Assembly (NCBI GenBank): GCA_947478395.1
Contig: CANJVR010000001.1
Span: 128,001-192,000, forward strand
Reading direction: 5' to 3'
DNA length: 64,000 nucleotides
Source of the DNA: Opitutia bacterium
GTDB taxonomy: Bacteria; Verrucomicrobiota; Verrucomicrobiia; Opitutales; Opitutaceae
Shown here one piece after another: positions 10,869-22,300 of the stretch. Position 1 is the first letter of the stretch; every line of letters begins with the position of its first letter. A model generated the notes under the pieces. It saw nothing but the letters and a program-made list of their open reading frames with translations. It had not been told where the DNA came from and did not search any database. Position numbers and translations under genes: made by a program.

Positions 10869-11300
10869 ATGGCAGGCTCCAGTTCCGGCGGCGGCGGCGG
10901 CGTAAAAAAGGCGCGCATCGAGATCATCCCATTGATCGATGTCATCTTCTTTCTGCTCGCGACCTTCGTCTTGTTTACCCTCTCGCTGAACAAAACCGAG
11001 GGCCTGCCCGTTACGCTGCCGAAATCGATCACCGGTGAGGCGCGTGACCCGAGCGGTACGGCCACCATTAGCATCACCCAGGAAGCCACATTGGCCTGGA
11101 ACAAAGATCCAGTAACTCTGGATGAGTTCCTAACACGTTTGAAGGCATTCCATACCGCCAATCCCGTTGACGGCCGTATTCTCATTAACGGAGACGAAAA
11201 TGCGCCCTTCAACCAAGCGATTTACGTCTTCGACGAGGTTCGTAAAGCAGGCATCCAGAAAGTTTTGATCGAAACTCGCGTCTCACCTCCCGGATCCTAA
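10869..11300 (+). CDS. exbD: ExbD/TolR family protein
   Basis: IEIIPLIDVIFFLLATF transmembrane segment with the conserved Asp. Confidence 0.9.
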   Translation: MAGSSSGGGGGVKKARIEIIPLIDVIFFLLATFVLFTLSLNKTEGLPVTLPKSITGEARDPSGTATISITQEATLAWNKDPVTLDEFLTRLKAFHTANPVDGRILINGDENAPFNQAIYVFDEVRKAGIQKVLIETRVSPPGS

Positions 11301-11337
11301 TCGGACTCCCGGCCTAACCACTCACCCACTTTATATC

Positions 11338-11769
11338 ATGGCTGGCAGTAGCTCCCGAGCCGACGAAGGCAAAAAGAAAGCGCGCATTGAGATCATACCT
11401 CTCATCGACGTTATCTTTTTCCTGCTCGCCACATTCGTTCTATTCACCCTCTCGCTGAATAAGATACAATCTCTCCCAGTGCAGTTACCCGTGGCATCGC
11501 CGCCAGCACCGCCCAATCCGGACGACGATACCGTTACGTTACAAGTCTCCGACAGCGGTACCTGTTACTGGAACAAGGAGTTGATTACGGTCTCTGAAAT
11601 TGGCCCGCGTCTCCTTAACTACAAGAATCAATCGACGAATCCGCGGGTACTAATTGCCGGCGACGACAAAGCGCGCTTCGGATTGGCTGTCTTGGCACTG
11701 GACGAAGTCCGCAAAGCAGGAATCAAACAAGTGTCCGTTGAAACCGTCGTGCGCGGCACTGGCAAGTAA
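11338..11769 (+). CDS. exbD: Second ExbD/TolR family protein
   Basis: Same KKARIEIIPLIDVIFFLLATFVLFTLSLNK N-terminus with a divergent periplasmic domain. Confidence 0.9.
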   Translation: MAGSSSRADEGKKKARIEIIPLIDVIFFLLATFVLFTLSLNKIQSLPVQLPVASPPAPPNPDDDTVTLQVSDSGTCYWNKELITVSEIGPRLLNYKNQSTNPRVLIAGDDKARFGLAVLALDEVRKAGIKQVSVETVVRGTGK

Positions 11770-11792
11770 CCCTCGACCGCCGCCCCTCCACC

Positions 11793-12449
11793 ATGCGCCG
11801 TGATTTAATTATCGGTATCCTTGTCTCGCTCGCCCTCCACGGAGGAATCGCGTGGTTCGGTGAAATTAAGCCGGCCGCGCCGAAGCCGAAGCCCAAGGAA
11901 GAAGTTCCAACCATCGAGTTAATGAAGATGCCGGATGTCATTCCCGACGATCCGGAACCCGTCGATACTAACGAGCCACCGCCAAAGCCCGTTGACTTTG
12001 CTCCGCCAACGCAGACGGACGTGCCCCAGATCATTACCGATACTTCGTTTGTGCAAAAACTTCAGCCTCCTCCTCCCGAGGGTTTGGCGATCAATAAAGG
12101 CGCCATCACGATTCCGCAGGGTCAAGTGGGCGGTTTGGGGAGTCTCGGGGATATTTTCGACATCTCGAAACTCGATAAAAAGCCCGAACCTAAATACCAG
12201 GGAAAACCCGTCTATCCATTTGAAATGCGACGCGCCGGGATCGCTGGCGACGTGCTGGTGGATTTCATCGTAAACGCCGCTGGAGACGTCGTGAACGCTT
12301 ACGCGGCAAAATCATCCCAACGCGAGTTTGAGGCGTCTGCAGTACAAGCTGTCAGTAAGTGGAAATTCCGTCCCGGGCAAAAGGGTGGCAAAGCCGTCAA
12401 CACCCATATGCAAGTGCCCATCGTATTCACCCTCAACGACGAAAACTAA
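11793..12449 (+). CDS. tonB: TonB family energy transducer
   Basis: N-terminal TM with SLALH, Pro-rich linker and TonB_C domain (YPFEMRRAGIAGDVLVDFIV...WKFRPG). Confidence 0.9.
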   Translation: MRRDLIIGILVSLALHGGIAWFGEIKPAAPKPKPKEEVPTIELMKMPDVIPDDPEPVDTNEPPPKPVDFAPPTQTDVPQIITDTSFVQKLQPPPPEGLAINKGAITIPQGQVGGLGSLGDIFDISKLDKKPEPKYQGKPVYPFEMRRAGIAGDVLVDFIVNAAGDVVNAYAAKSSQREFEASAVQAVSKWKFRPGQKGGKAVNTHMQVPIVFTLNDEN

Positions 12450-12455
12450 TTTCCC

Positions 12456-13880
12456 GTGTCTGCCGCCTCTTCCATCTATTCTATCCGTTTGTATCGCCGG
12501 GCGAAGATCCTTGCGGGTCTCGTCCTAGGCGTCTGTTTGATTTCGCGGACTATTGCCGCTGAGAACCCACCGCCACCACCCAGTCTAAGCGAAAAAGTCG
12601 TGGAGGCGCTGAAGGCAAAAATGCAGCCGGAGCTCGATAAAAAGAATTGGGACGGCGCCTTGGCGGCGGTTAATGGTATCTTAGCGACTACTCCTCCGGA
12701 CAGTTACGACACGGCTTTTATCACCGATATCAAAGCCAAGATCTTCCTCTACAAAAACGATCTCGTTCAAGCGATCGCACCCATGGAGGCGGTGCTACGT
12801 ATGGCTGATGCCCACCCTACTTATTTCGGTCCCAAAACGACCCTAGATTCCCTGTATACTCTGGCGCAAATCTACTATCAGGAAGGTACCGCATCCAAAG
12901 ATCCCGCGGCGCAAAAAGCATATCTGACGAAGGCGCTGCAATCGATGAAGCGCTGGCTCCAAACCACGCCGAAGAAAAATCCTGACGCTTCCCTTTTCTA
13001 CGCTTCGATCCTGTATAACCAGGCCGTATCCAGTGGCGAAAAAGTCGATCTTAATTTGATCAAAGAAGCCCGGCATGAAATCGACGAGGGGCTGCTCAGC
13101 AGCATTAAACCTAAAGACAGTTTTTACGTCCTTCTACTCGCCACCATTCAGCAGGAGGGCGATACCACGAAGGCCGCCGAAATACTGGAAATGCTGGTAA
13201 AACAAAAACCGGAAAACAAGCAGTACTGGCAGCAACTGTGGGCAACGTACCTTAACATTGCCACTGCCACCGGTGAAAAAGATGAGGCCAAGATCAGAGA
13301 AAATTACGCGCGAGCCATTAACGCTTTAGAAAGGGCCCAGGCACTGGGCTTGTTGAAGGACCCGAAAGATAATTACCATTTAGTCACACTCTATTTTAAT
13401 TCAGGACAATTCGGTCGCGCCACCGAGCTGCTGTACGCCGGATTGAAGAACGGCAGCATCGAATCCGACGTTAACAATTGGAAAATCTTGGGCTACTCTT
13501 TCCAACAGGTCGGACAGGAAATTCAGGCGATCAATGTTTACAAGGAAGCCTCGAAGCTCTTCCCAACCAACGGGCAGTTTGATTTCCTCATCGGCCAGAT
13601 CTATTCCCAAATGGATACTCACGCCAACGAAGCCTATGCGGCTTACTCGGCTGCGGTGGTAAAGGGTAACCTCGAAAAACCCTATTTGGCCTACTCCATG
13701 TTGGCCTACACCGCGTACGACCTGCAGCGTTTCCCAGACGCGCTTAAATGGATCGATGAGGCTATGAAGGTGCCTGATGCAAAGAGCGATAGCCAACTTC
13801 CGCGCCTTAAACAGTTTATCTTAGATGCGGTCAAAGACCAGCTCGCAGCCAAAGAAGCGAACGACGGTAAAAAACCATAA
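12456..13880 (+). CDS. Exported tetratricopeptide-repeat protein
   Basis: Signal-like N-terminus and repeated TPR-like helical pairs; starts 6 nt after the tonB stop. Confidence 0.7.
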   Translation: MSAASSIYSIRLYRRAKILAGLVLGVCLISRTIAAENPPPPPSLSEKVVEALKAKMQPELDKKNWDGALAAVNGILATTPPDSYDTAFITDIKAKIFLYKNDLVQAIAPMEAVLRMADAHPTYFGPKTTLDSLYTLAQIYYQEGTASKDPAAQKAYLTKALQSMKRWLQTTPKKNPDASLFYASILYNQAVSSGEKVDLNLIKEARHEIDEGLLSSIKPKDSFYVLLLATIQQEGDTTKAAEILEMLVKQKPENKQYWQQLWATYLNIATATGEKDEAKIRENYARAINALERAQALGLLKDPKDNYHLVTLYFNSGQFGRATELLYAGLKNGSIESDVNNWKILGYSFQQVGQEIQAINVYKEASKLFPTNGQFDFLIGQIYSQMDTHANEAYAAYSAAVVKGNLEKPYLAYSMLAYTAYDLQRFPDALKWIDEAMKVPDAKSDSQLPRLKQFILDAVKDQLAAKEANDGKKP

Positions 13881-13907
13881 TCGAAAATTCCCTGTTAAAC
13901 TCTCATC

Positions 13908-14459
13908 ATGAAGAAAACGTACATCTATTTTTTGGTTCCACTTTTGGGGCTCATCGCATTTTCAGCGGTCTACTGGAATTTCAGTTCCAATTACGAAAAG
14001 ATGGAAGCCGCTAAGCTAGCCGTCATTCAGAAGGCGAAAGCGGAAAAGATAGCGGAAGAGAATCGCCTCAATCAGAAGGCCATTGCCGATGCCAACGCCG
14101 CCCAAGTTCAAAAGAAGGAGGCCAAAGCAATCAAGGATGCGAAAGACCGCAAGGATCGCGAGGACCGAGAGAACGCAATCCAAGTTCGCAGCAAGGCTTT
14201 TGCCGAATCAGATAAGTTGAAAAAGCAAGTCGACCGCCTGACCAAAGAGGTCACCGGCATTAAGGAGGAGATCAGCAAAATCGAAGAGGATAAACGCCGA
14301 CTGGCCGACGAGCAGAACTTCCTAAAGGAATTCACCAAAAAAGTTGAGGGGAACGCCAAGGGGCTTACCGAAGTTCTCGAACGCATTGCGGCGGCCGACG
14401 CCGCGGCAGAAGCGGCGGCCAAGGCTGCGGCAGCCGAAGCGCTCAAAGCAAAGAAGTAA
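13908..14459 (+). CDS. Single-pass membrane-anchored coiled-coil protein
   Basis: Hydrophobic N-terminal helix followed by a K/E/A-rich heptad region. Confidence 0.75.
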   Translation: MKKTYIYFLVPLLGLIAFSAVYWNFSSNYEKMEAAKLAVIQKAKAEKIAEENRLNQKAIADANAAQVQKKEAKAIKDAKDRKDREDRENAIQVRSKAFAESDKLKKQVDRLTKEVTGIKEEISKIEEDKRRLADEQNFLKEFTKKVEGNAKGLTEVLERIAAADAAAEAAAKAAAAEALKAKK

Positions 14460-14481
14460 CCATTACTAGCTTTTACCGACC

Positions 14482-15021
14482 ATGAAAAAATGGATGTATG
14501 TCATTTTCCCCAGCGCTATGTTGGGCATTTTCCTCTTCTTCTATCTCGCTTCTGAAAAAGAAACCGAGCGAAAAGAACTGCAGCGCACTGAGCAACTCGC
14601 CAAGCAAAAGGCGCAGGAGGCAGAACGGAAGCGCGTCAATGAGGAGAAGGCCCGTATCGACGCAGAGAAGCGCCGGATTGAACGTGAAGCGGACGAAGCC
14701 AAAAAAGAAGCCGAGAAGCTCGCCAAGTACGTCGCCGACGGGAAAAAAATCCAGGATGAAACGGATAAATTAAACAAGGAGGGCGACCAGTTTGCCAAAG
14801 AATCCGCCGCCCTTGAAATCCAGATCGACACGCTTCGTAAAGGCAAAGACAAGGCCAGCCGCGACGCTTTTGATCTGCTCAGGCAGGTGGAGATGGCGAA
14901 AGTAGCGCGCCGTAACGCCGAATTTGAAATCCAACGCACCACCGAGATGATCTCTCGTCGGGCCAACGAAAGTTCTCTTGTTCGCCCCCCGGTGATCGCA
15001 GCGCCGGCCCCCGCGAAGTAA
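14482..15021 (+). CDS. Second membrane-anchored coiled-coil protein, same architecture as the upstream gene
   Basis: MKKxxY...P hydrophobic anchor followed by a K/E/R-rich coiled coil. Confidence 0.75.
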   Translation: MKKWMYVIFPSAMLGIFLFFYLASEKETERKELQRTEQLAKQKAQEAERKRVNEEKARIDAEKRRIEREADEAKKEAEKLAKYVADGKKIQDETDKLNKEGDQFAKESAALEIQIDTLRKGKDKASRDAFDLLRQVEMAKVARRNAEFEIQRTTEMISRRANESSLVRPPVIAAPAPAK

Positions 15022-15046
15022 TAGGCCATTTCTGGCAGACAATCTC

Positions 15047-15075
15047 AGCCCCGATTAAACGTCGGGGCTTTTTTA
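15047..15075 (+). terminator. Intrinsic terminator of the exbB-tonB operon
   Basis: AGCCCCGA-TTAAACG-TCGGGGCT followed by a T-run. Confidence 0.85.
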
Positions 15076-15344
15076 TTGAATAAGAGCTCCGAAACAGCCG
15101 GACCGAAAATCTCTAGGGCAGCGAGCCGCTTTAGCCAAGTGGATCATCTTTAAAGGCGGGAAAGAACCTGCCGCCCCGGCACATCAGCCGGCCTGATCAT
15201 CGAGGCCCAATCGGAACAACACCATCTCACCCTACGGCATAGATGCCGGAACGGTAGAAATCGGTTAACCACCCTAGCCTTTCGTAACATCGGCAGCTCA
15301 AACGGCGCCTGATTGGACAACCGCGAGTCACACCTGGTAAAAAA

Positions 15345-15421
<77 letters not shown>

Positions 15422-15602
15422 AACAGAAGAATGGTCAGAAAGCGAGATGCCCGCGGCGGAAGCAAGTGCTTTTTAAACTGATTCCCCGAAGATCGATTTT
15501 CTGCCGCTGCACTGTCCGAGCGGCCCTCTGCGGAAATGTGTTTCAAGTCGCGCGACCTTCCTTTCCGATCTTCGCGACTTCGCCTCTTTCTCTCCCCCTA
15601 TC

Positions 15603-16760
15603 ATGAATAAAGTCCGCATCGGCATTATCGGTCTTGGCAACATGGGCTCGGCGCACGCCGCCAGTCTGCTCGCCGGCAAAGTACCGCGCCTTGAACTCAC
15701 CGCCGTCGCCGACCCCGACGCGGCTAGGCGCGGGCGCTTCCCCCAAGTCGCCGGATTTGTCGCAGCAGAAGAGTTGATCGCCTCCAAACTGGTCGACGCG
15801 GTTATCATCGCGACGCCTCACTACCAGCACACCACCCTGGGTATCCTCGCCCTCCAAACCGGCCTTCACGTGATGGTGGAGAAGCCGCTCTCCGTTCATA
15901 AGGCTGATGCCGAACGCCTCATCGCTGCCTACAAAAACAAAAAGCAAGTTTTTGCCGCGATGTTCAATCAGCGGACCGACCATTTCTATCAAAAGATCCG
16001 CCAGCTCATCCAGAACGGCGAGCTCGGCCAGATTCGCCGCGTGAATTGGATCATCACGAATTGGTTCCGCACCGAGGCCTACTACGCCTCCGGCGGCTGG
16101 CGCGCCACGTGGGCCGGTGAAGGCGGCGGCGTCCTCCTCAACCAATGCCCGCATAATTTGGATCTTTTTCAGTGGATGTTCGGCATGCCTGTCCGCATCC
16201 GCGCTCATTGCGGGTTCGGTCGGTATCACGCCATCGAAGTCGATGACGACGTCACCGCTTATCTCGAATTTGCCAACGGTGCCACGGGCGTATTCATCAC
16301 TTCCACGGGCGAGGCTCCCGGCACGAACCGCCTCGAGATCACCGCCGAGCGGGGCAAGCTCGTTTATGAAAACGACAAGATCGTTTTCACCCGCAACGAA
16401 ACGCCGATGACCGAATTCTCCCGCAAAGCCACGAGCGGATTTGCCGCGCCCGCCACGTGGGATGTCTCGATTTCCACCGCCGGTCACGGCGGCCAGCACA
16501 ACGAAATCCTGAAGAATTTCACCGACGCTATCCTCGACGGAACGCCGTTGGTCTCACCCGCCGTCGAGGGCATTCATTCGGTGGAACTCTCCAACGCGAT
16601 GTTACTCTCCGCCTGGACCGAGGAAACCGTGAATCTGCCGCTCGATGCAAAGCGTTACGAGCGCCTGCTGCGGCAAAAAATCGCCACTTCGAAAGCAAAG
16701 CCGAAAAAGAAAAAAGTCGTCGCGGCGTCGGACGACTTCACCAAATCCTTCGCCCGCTAA
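15603..16760 (+). CDS. Gfo/Idh/MocA family NAD(P)-dependent oxidoreductase
   Basis: GIIGLGNMG, VEKP and GGGVLLNQCPHNLD motifs. Confidence 0.9.
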   Translation: MNKVRIGIIGLGNMGSAHAASLLAGKVPRLELTAVADPDAARRGRFPQVAGFVAAEELIASKLVDAVIIATPHYQHTTLGILALQTGLHVMVEKPLSVHKADAERLIAAYKNKKQVFAAMFNQRTDHFYQKIRQLIQNGELGQIRRVNWIITNWFRTEAYYASGGWRATWAGEGGGVLLNQCPHNLDLFQWMFGMPVRIRAHCGFGRYHAIEVDDDVTAYLEFANGATGVFITSTGEAPGTNRLEITAERGKLVYENDKIVFTRNETPMTEFSRKATSGFAAPATWDVSISTAGHGGQHNEILKNFTDAILDGTPLVSPAVEGIHSVELSNAMLLSAWTEETVNLPLDAKRYERLLRQKIATSKAKPKKKKVVAASDDFTKSFAR

Positions 16761-16842
16761 ATTCTGGCTGGCGCAGAGTGCGCGGCCCGATTTTTCGGCA
16801 AACTCAACGGCTTCGCCGGCGTTCACTCCGCCTCATTTTCCC

Positions 16843-17631
16843 ATGCTGCAACTTGGCCTTTGTCTCGATCCCGCCACGCTCGCCACCCTGCCCCGGCCAC
16901 TCGACTTCGATTTCATCGAAGGCCACGTGCAAAATTTTCTGCGTCCGCAGGAGCCGGATGCGGCCTTCGCCCCACTGGCCGCTGCGTTGCGCGCGAGCGA
17001 TCGACCCATGCCCGCGGCGAACTGCTTTCTGCCCGCCACCCACAAAGTCGTGGGCCCTGCCGTCGATACCGTCGAGCTGTCCCGCTATGCCGAGACGGCC
17101 TTTCGCCGCGCCGGCCAAATTGGCCTTTCGATCATCGTCTTCGGCAGCGCCGGTGCCCGCCAGATTCCCGACGGATTTCCCGCTACCCGCGCCTTCGAAC
17201 AGTATGTGGAGGCGCTGCGCCTTTTCGCACCGATCGCCCAATCGCACGGCATCACCCTCGTCGTCGAGCCGCTCCATCGCGCCGAATGCAATCTCGTAAA
17301 CACCATCCTTGAAGGCGACGAAGCCGTGCGCCGCGCCAATCACCCCTCGGTGAAACTGCTGGTCGATCTTTTCCACATGCTGCGCAACGGCGAGTCACCC
17401 GACGATATTCTTCACGTTGGTCCGATTCACCACGCGCACCTCGCAGAAAACAAAGATCGCGCCGCGCCGGGCGTGAATGGCGAAGACTTCCGTCCCTTTT
17501 TCCGCAATTTGAAGAGAGTCGGCTACCATTCCCTGCTTACCATCGAATGCGTCTGGAAACAAAGCCCGGTCCTCGAAGCCGGACCGTCGCTCAAAGCACT
17601 CCGCGCCCAGCTCGCCGACGCCGGGTACTAA
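16843..17631 (+). CDS. Sugar phosphate isomerase/epimerase (xylose-isomerase-like TIM barrel)
   Basis: VFGSAGAR, VEPL, DLFHM and HAHLAE metal-ligand pattern. Start moved to ATG 16843. Confidence 0.85.
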   Translation: MLQLGLCLDPATLATLPRPLDFDFIEGHVQNFLRPQEPDAAFAPLAAALRASDRPMPAANCFLPATHKVVGPAVDTVELSRYAETAFRRAGQIGLSIIVFGSAGARQIPDGFPATRAFEQYVEALRLFAPIAQSHGITLVVEPLHRAECNLVNTILEGDEAVRRANHPSVKLLVDLFHMLRNGESPDDILHVGPIHHAHLAENKDRAAPGVNGEDFRPFFRNLKRVGYHSLLTIECVWKQSPVLEAGPSLKALRAQLADAGY

Positions 17632-18080
17632 CGAACCCGTCCACGCCATCGAGGCCAAGTATCGGGTTCGTCCCGTGCCAGTGAGGCAGTGGACGAAGGA
17701 GACGGCACTGCGGCTGTAGGAGGAGTTTGCCCGCAAGGGCGGTGACGATCCCGCCGAGGCGAACAGGCGGGAAATGGAACTCTATTACCGCCGCGATCAA
17801 TCGGTCGTACTCGGCGCTTGAACCGAGAGCAACATCCACCCAACTCAAACTCGCAGCGGGAATGAGCTTCGCGCCTCTCCCTGCTCTCCCTCTTTTAAAT
17901 TAACTTATTTTTCTCGATCCGCTGTCCAACGGGCGGGATTCACCTCACCTAAAATCTGGGCGGAGCTCGCCAGAGCCCTGTCCTAGCAAGAAAGCATCGG
18001 CACACCTACGTGGCCTGCGTTAGCCTCGATTCTTTCTCGCGCTCCGGCGCGACTCTTTTTCACAACTCCCTCATCCTCAA

Positions 18081-19364
18081 ATGACCGCCCGTCTCCTCCT
18101 ACTCCTCACCCTGCTTTCATTCCCCCTGCGCGCGGTCCAAGCCGCAGAGCCAGCCGTCACCGTTGACGCTCTCGTCGCCACAATCACCGCGCACCATCCC
18201 GAACTCGCTTTCTATGAGGCCGAGATCGCCGCCGCTCGCACTCAAACCCACACCGCCAGCGCCCTGGCCGATCCCACCCTCTCCACTTCTCTCGGCCAAA
18301 AGCGCGTCTACACGTCCTCCGGTGCGCTCGCCGGCGAAGGTACCGCCTGGTCCGTCTCCGTGACCCAAACCTTCGATTGGCCCGGTCGCCTCGCCCTGCG
18401 CAAAACGCTCGCCAACGGCCAAGTCGCCCTCGCCGAGCTCGGCCTCGCCCGCTTCCGCGCTGCCCTCGAAGCCCGCGCCCGCACGCTCACCTACGGACTC
18501 CACGCCGCCCACACCCGCGCCGCCGCCGTACGCGAAGTCGCCGACCGTTTCGCTGCGCTTAAAGAAAACTTCCTCGCCCGCGAACCCGCCGGACTCACCC
18601 CACTCCTGGAAACCCGCGTCATCGAAGCCGCGGAGCTTTCCCTCCAACGCCGCGCCACCGCCGCCGAACTCGCCCTCCACGCCGCGCTGCTGGAACTCAA
18701 CCAACTCCGCGGCGCCTCACCCGAGGCCCCGCTGCTGATCACCGCCCCCGCGCTCACTTTCGCTGCGGCCCCGGCCACCGACGCCCTCCTTGCCGCCGCT
18801 CGCGAAAATAATTTCGACTACCGCATCCGCCGCACCGAACTCGAACAACAGGGCTTCGCCGTTCGCCTCGCCCAAAACGAACGCCACCCCTCGCTCAGCA
18901 TCAGCCCGTTCTACTCGCGCGAATCCGCCGATGGCCACGAGTCCACCATCGGCCTCGGCCTCTCCCTGCCCATTCCCATCACTAGCCGCAGCCGCGCGAC
19001 CATCGATAACGCCGAGGCCCGCCGCCGGCAGGCTGAGATCGCCGCTCTCATCGCCCAACGTGACCTCGAGCACGAGGTCCTCGCCACCGCCCACGCCTTC
19101 GCCACCCACGTCGCCGAGATCCGCCGCTGGTCGCCCGACACGGCCCAAAAATTCCGCGAAGCCGCCAGCCTTGCCGACCGCCACTACCGCCTCGGCGCCG
19201 TCCCCATCGCGACTTACGTCGAACTCCAATCGAGTTACCTCGACGCCATCGAAGCCCTGCTCGACACCCAAGCCGAAGCCCTCGCCGCCGGCCTCAAACT
19301 CCGCCAACTCACCGGCCTCGACTTCAACGCCGTCACTGTCGCCCCCGCGGCCTCCGCGCCATGA
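18081..19364 (+). CDS. TolC/CzcC-like outer-membrane efflux protein
   Basis: Signal peptide and OEP-like repeats; ATGA overlap with the downstream RND gene. Confidence 0.85.
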   Translation: MTARLLLLLTLLSFPLRAVQAAEPAVTVDALVATITAHHPELAFYEAEIAAARTQTHTASALADPTLSTSLGQKRVYTSSGALAGEGTAWSVSVTQTFDWPGRLALRKTLANGQVALAELGLARFRAALEARARTLTYGLHAAHTRAAAVREVADRFAALKENFLAREPAGLTPLLETRVIEAAELSLQRRATAAELALHAALLELNQLRGASPEAPLLITAPALTFAAAPATDALLAAARENNFDYRIRRTELEQQGFAVRLAQNERHPSLSISPFYSRESADGHESTIGLGLSLPIPITSRSRATIDNAEARRRQAEIAALIAQRDLEHEVLATAHAFATHVAEIRRWSPDTAQKFREAASLADRHYRLGAVPIATYVELQSSYLDAIEALLDTQAEALAAGLKLRQLTGLDFNAVTVAPAASAP

Positions 19365-22300
19365 TTGATCGCATTCTCGAGTTCGCCTTGCGCCAACGCG
19401 CGGTTGTCCTCCTTGGCACCGCCTTGCTTCTCGCCCTCGGTCTTTGGTCCGCGCTGCACCTACCCATCGACGCCGTGCCCGACATCACGGGCGTCCAAGT
19501 CCAGATCAACACCGAGGTCCCCGCGCTCGCCGCCGAAGAGTCCGAGAAACTCGTCACCCAACCCCTCGAGCTCGAACTCGCCGGCCTGCCCGGCGTCGAG
19601 GAGATGCGTTCGATCACCAAGTTTGGCCTCTCGCAGATTACCCTCCAGTTCAAAGACGACACCGACATCTTTCGCGCGCGCCAGTTAGTCGCCGAACGCC
19701 TCCAAGGCGCGCTTGAGCTCCTGCCCAAAGGCGTGCTCCCCAAACTCGCCCCGATCAGCACCGGCCTCGGCGAAATTTTGTATTACAGCGTCAACTACCG
19801 CACCGACGCCAAAACGAAACCCGCGACCGAACTCGAACAACTCATCATGCTGAGCGAGCTCCAGGAATACGTCATCAAGCCGCTCCTCCGCACCGTCCCG
19901 GGCATCGCTGAAATCAACGGCACCGGCGGCTACCAAAAACAATACGTGATCCAGCCGAGGCCCGAGGCCCTCATCGAGCGCAACCTCACCTTCAGCGAGC
20001 TCGCGGCCCTCGTCGCGCAAAACGTCGAAAACACCGGCGGGGGGATCATCAACCGCAACGGTCAACAGTTCACCATCCGCGCCGTCAGTCGCGTGCAGAC
20101 CGTTGAGGACATCGCGAACCTACCGCTTAAATTCGGCGCGGGCGCCCAACCCTTGCTGCTTAAAGAAGTCGCCGAGGTAAAAATCGGCACCAAGTTCCGC
20201 ACCGGTGCCGCCACGCTCGATGGCCACGAAACCGTCATCGGCACCGTCATGATGCTCGCCGGCGAAAACAGCCGCGAAGTCTCCCTCCGCGTCAAAGCCC
20301 GCCTCGTCGAGATCCAGTCCAAACTCCCCGACGGCGTGGAAATTCAAACCCAATACGACCGCTCGCTGCTCATCGACCGCACCATCGGCACGGTCGAAAA
20401 AAATCTTGTCGAAGGCGCCTTGCTCGTCGTCGTCGTGCTTCTGCTCCTCCTCGGCAACTGGCGCGCCGCTCTCATCGTCGCCTGCGCCATCCCGCTCTCG
20501 TTTCTCTTCGCGCTCACCGGCATGCGTTACTGGGGCATTTCCGGCAACTTGATGAGTCTCGGCGCCGTGGACTTCGGGCTCATCATCGACGGAGCGGTCG
20601 TAATCGTCGAAAACATCGTCCGCCAACTCGGTCAACGTCAGCACAAGCTCGGCCGCGCGCTCACCGTCGAGGAACGGACGCAAACCGTGCTCACCGCCAG
20701 TAAACAAGTCGGCAGCCCGATGTTCTTCGGCGTCCTCATCATTGCCGTGGTTTACCTCCCAATCCTCGCGCTCACCGGCATCGAAGGTAAAATGTTTCAC
20801 CCGATGGCGCTCACCGTGATGCTGGCACTCGGCGGCGCGCTCATCCTCTCACTCACGCTCATGCCCGCCCTCTGCGCTGGGCTGCTCCGCGGCCGTATCT
20901 CCGAAGAGGACAACCTGCTCATCCGCCTCGCCAAACGCCTTTATGCGCCCGCCCTTCATCTCGCCCTTCGCCTCCGTTGGCTGGTGACTACCGGCGCCAT
21001 CACACTCTTCGTCGGTTCGCTCTGGGTATTCACCCACCTGGGCGCGGAATTCGTGCCCAAACTCGATGAGGGTTCCATCACCGCGATGCTCTACAAACCC
21101 GTCGGTATGAGCATGGAAGAATCCCTCCGCACTGACATCGAGGTCGAGAACCGCCTCCATGCCGAGTTCCCCGAAATCACCCGCATCTTCTCCCGCATCG
21201 GCACCAGCGCCATCGCCTCCGATCCGATGCCAGCCAATGAGAGCGATGTTTATCTTTTCTACCAACCTATCAGCGCATGGCCGAAAACCGCCGGGCGCCC
21301 CACCACCAAAGCCGAGCTCTGCGTTCAAATCGAAGCCGCGTTGAAAAAAATCAATCCTGACTACGATCTCCTCTTCGCCCAGCCCATCGAAATGCGATTC
21401 AACGAAATGCTCGAAGGCACCAAGGCCGAGCTCGCGGTGAAAATCTTCGGCCCCGATTACGACGTGCTCGAACCACTCGCCAAACAGGTCAAAGCCATCC
21501 TGGAAAAAACTCCCGGCGCCGCCCAAGTAGAATACGAGACCGACGGTAGAACCCCGCAACTTCAGTTGAGCGTAAAACGTGAGATCCTCCGCCGCCACAA
21601 TCTCCAGGCCGCCGAGGTCAACCACGCCGTCCAAGCCGCCCTCGCCGGCGAAATCGTCGGCAGTATCGTCGAAGGCAACCGTCGCGGCGACATCGTCGTC
21701 CGCATGCCCGAAGCCCTCCGCGCAGACGACGCCGAGATAAAAAAACTCCCGCTGCGCGTCGGCGGCTACGGCCTGTTGCCGCTCGGCGACACGGTTGATT
21801 TTTCCACGCTGCAAACCGTCGAGCCTATCCAGCACGACGGCGGCCAACGCCGCGCCGCACTCATGATCAACCTTAGCACCCGCGACATTGAAGGCTATGT
21901 CCACCGCGTCGAAAAAACCATCGCCGCCGAGCTGAAACTGCCCGAGGGCTACGTTGTCGAATTCGGCGGCCAGTTTCAAAACCTACAAGAAGCCCGCGCG
22001 CGACTCGCCGTTGTCGTGCCTTCGGCGCTCGCGCTTATCTTTGTGTTGATCTTCATCGCCTTTGGCTCGTTGCGGCAGGCGTTTCTCGTTTATTCGGGTA
22101 TCCCGCTCGCGGTTACCGGCGGCATCGCCGCGCTCTGGTTGCGCGACATGCCGTTTAGCATCACCGCCGCCGTCGGCTTCATCGCACTCACCGGCGTCGC
22201 CGTGCTCAACGGCGTCGTCCTGCTCAGTTATTTTAACCAACTGCGCGAAGAAGGCCGCCCATTAGCCGAAGCCGTGGTCGAGGGTGCGCTCACGCGCTTA

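Noticed and set aside
17900..18080. Possible metal-sensing riboswitch upstream of the czcC-like gene
   Set aside because: No NiCo, yybP-ykoY or fluoride consensus is recognisable by eye; an Rfam scan would be needed.
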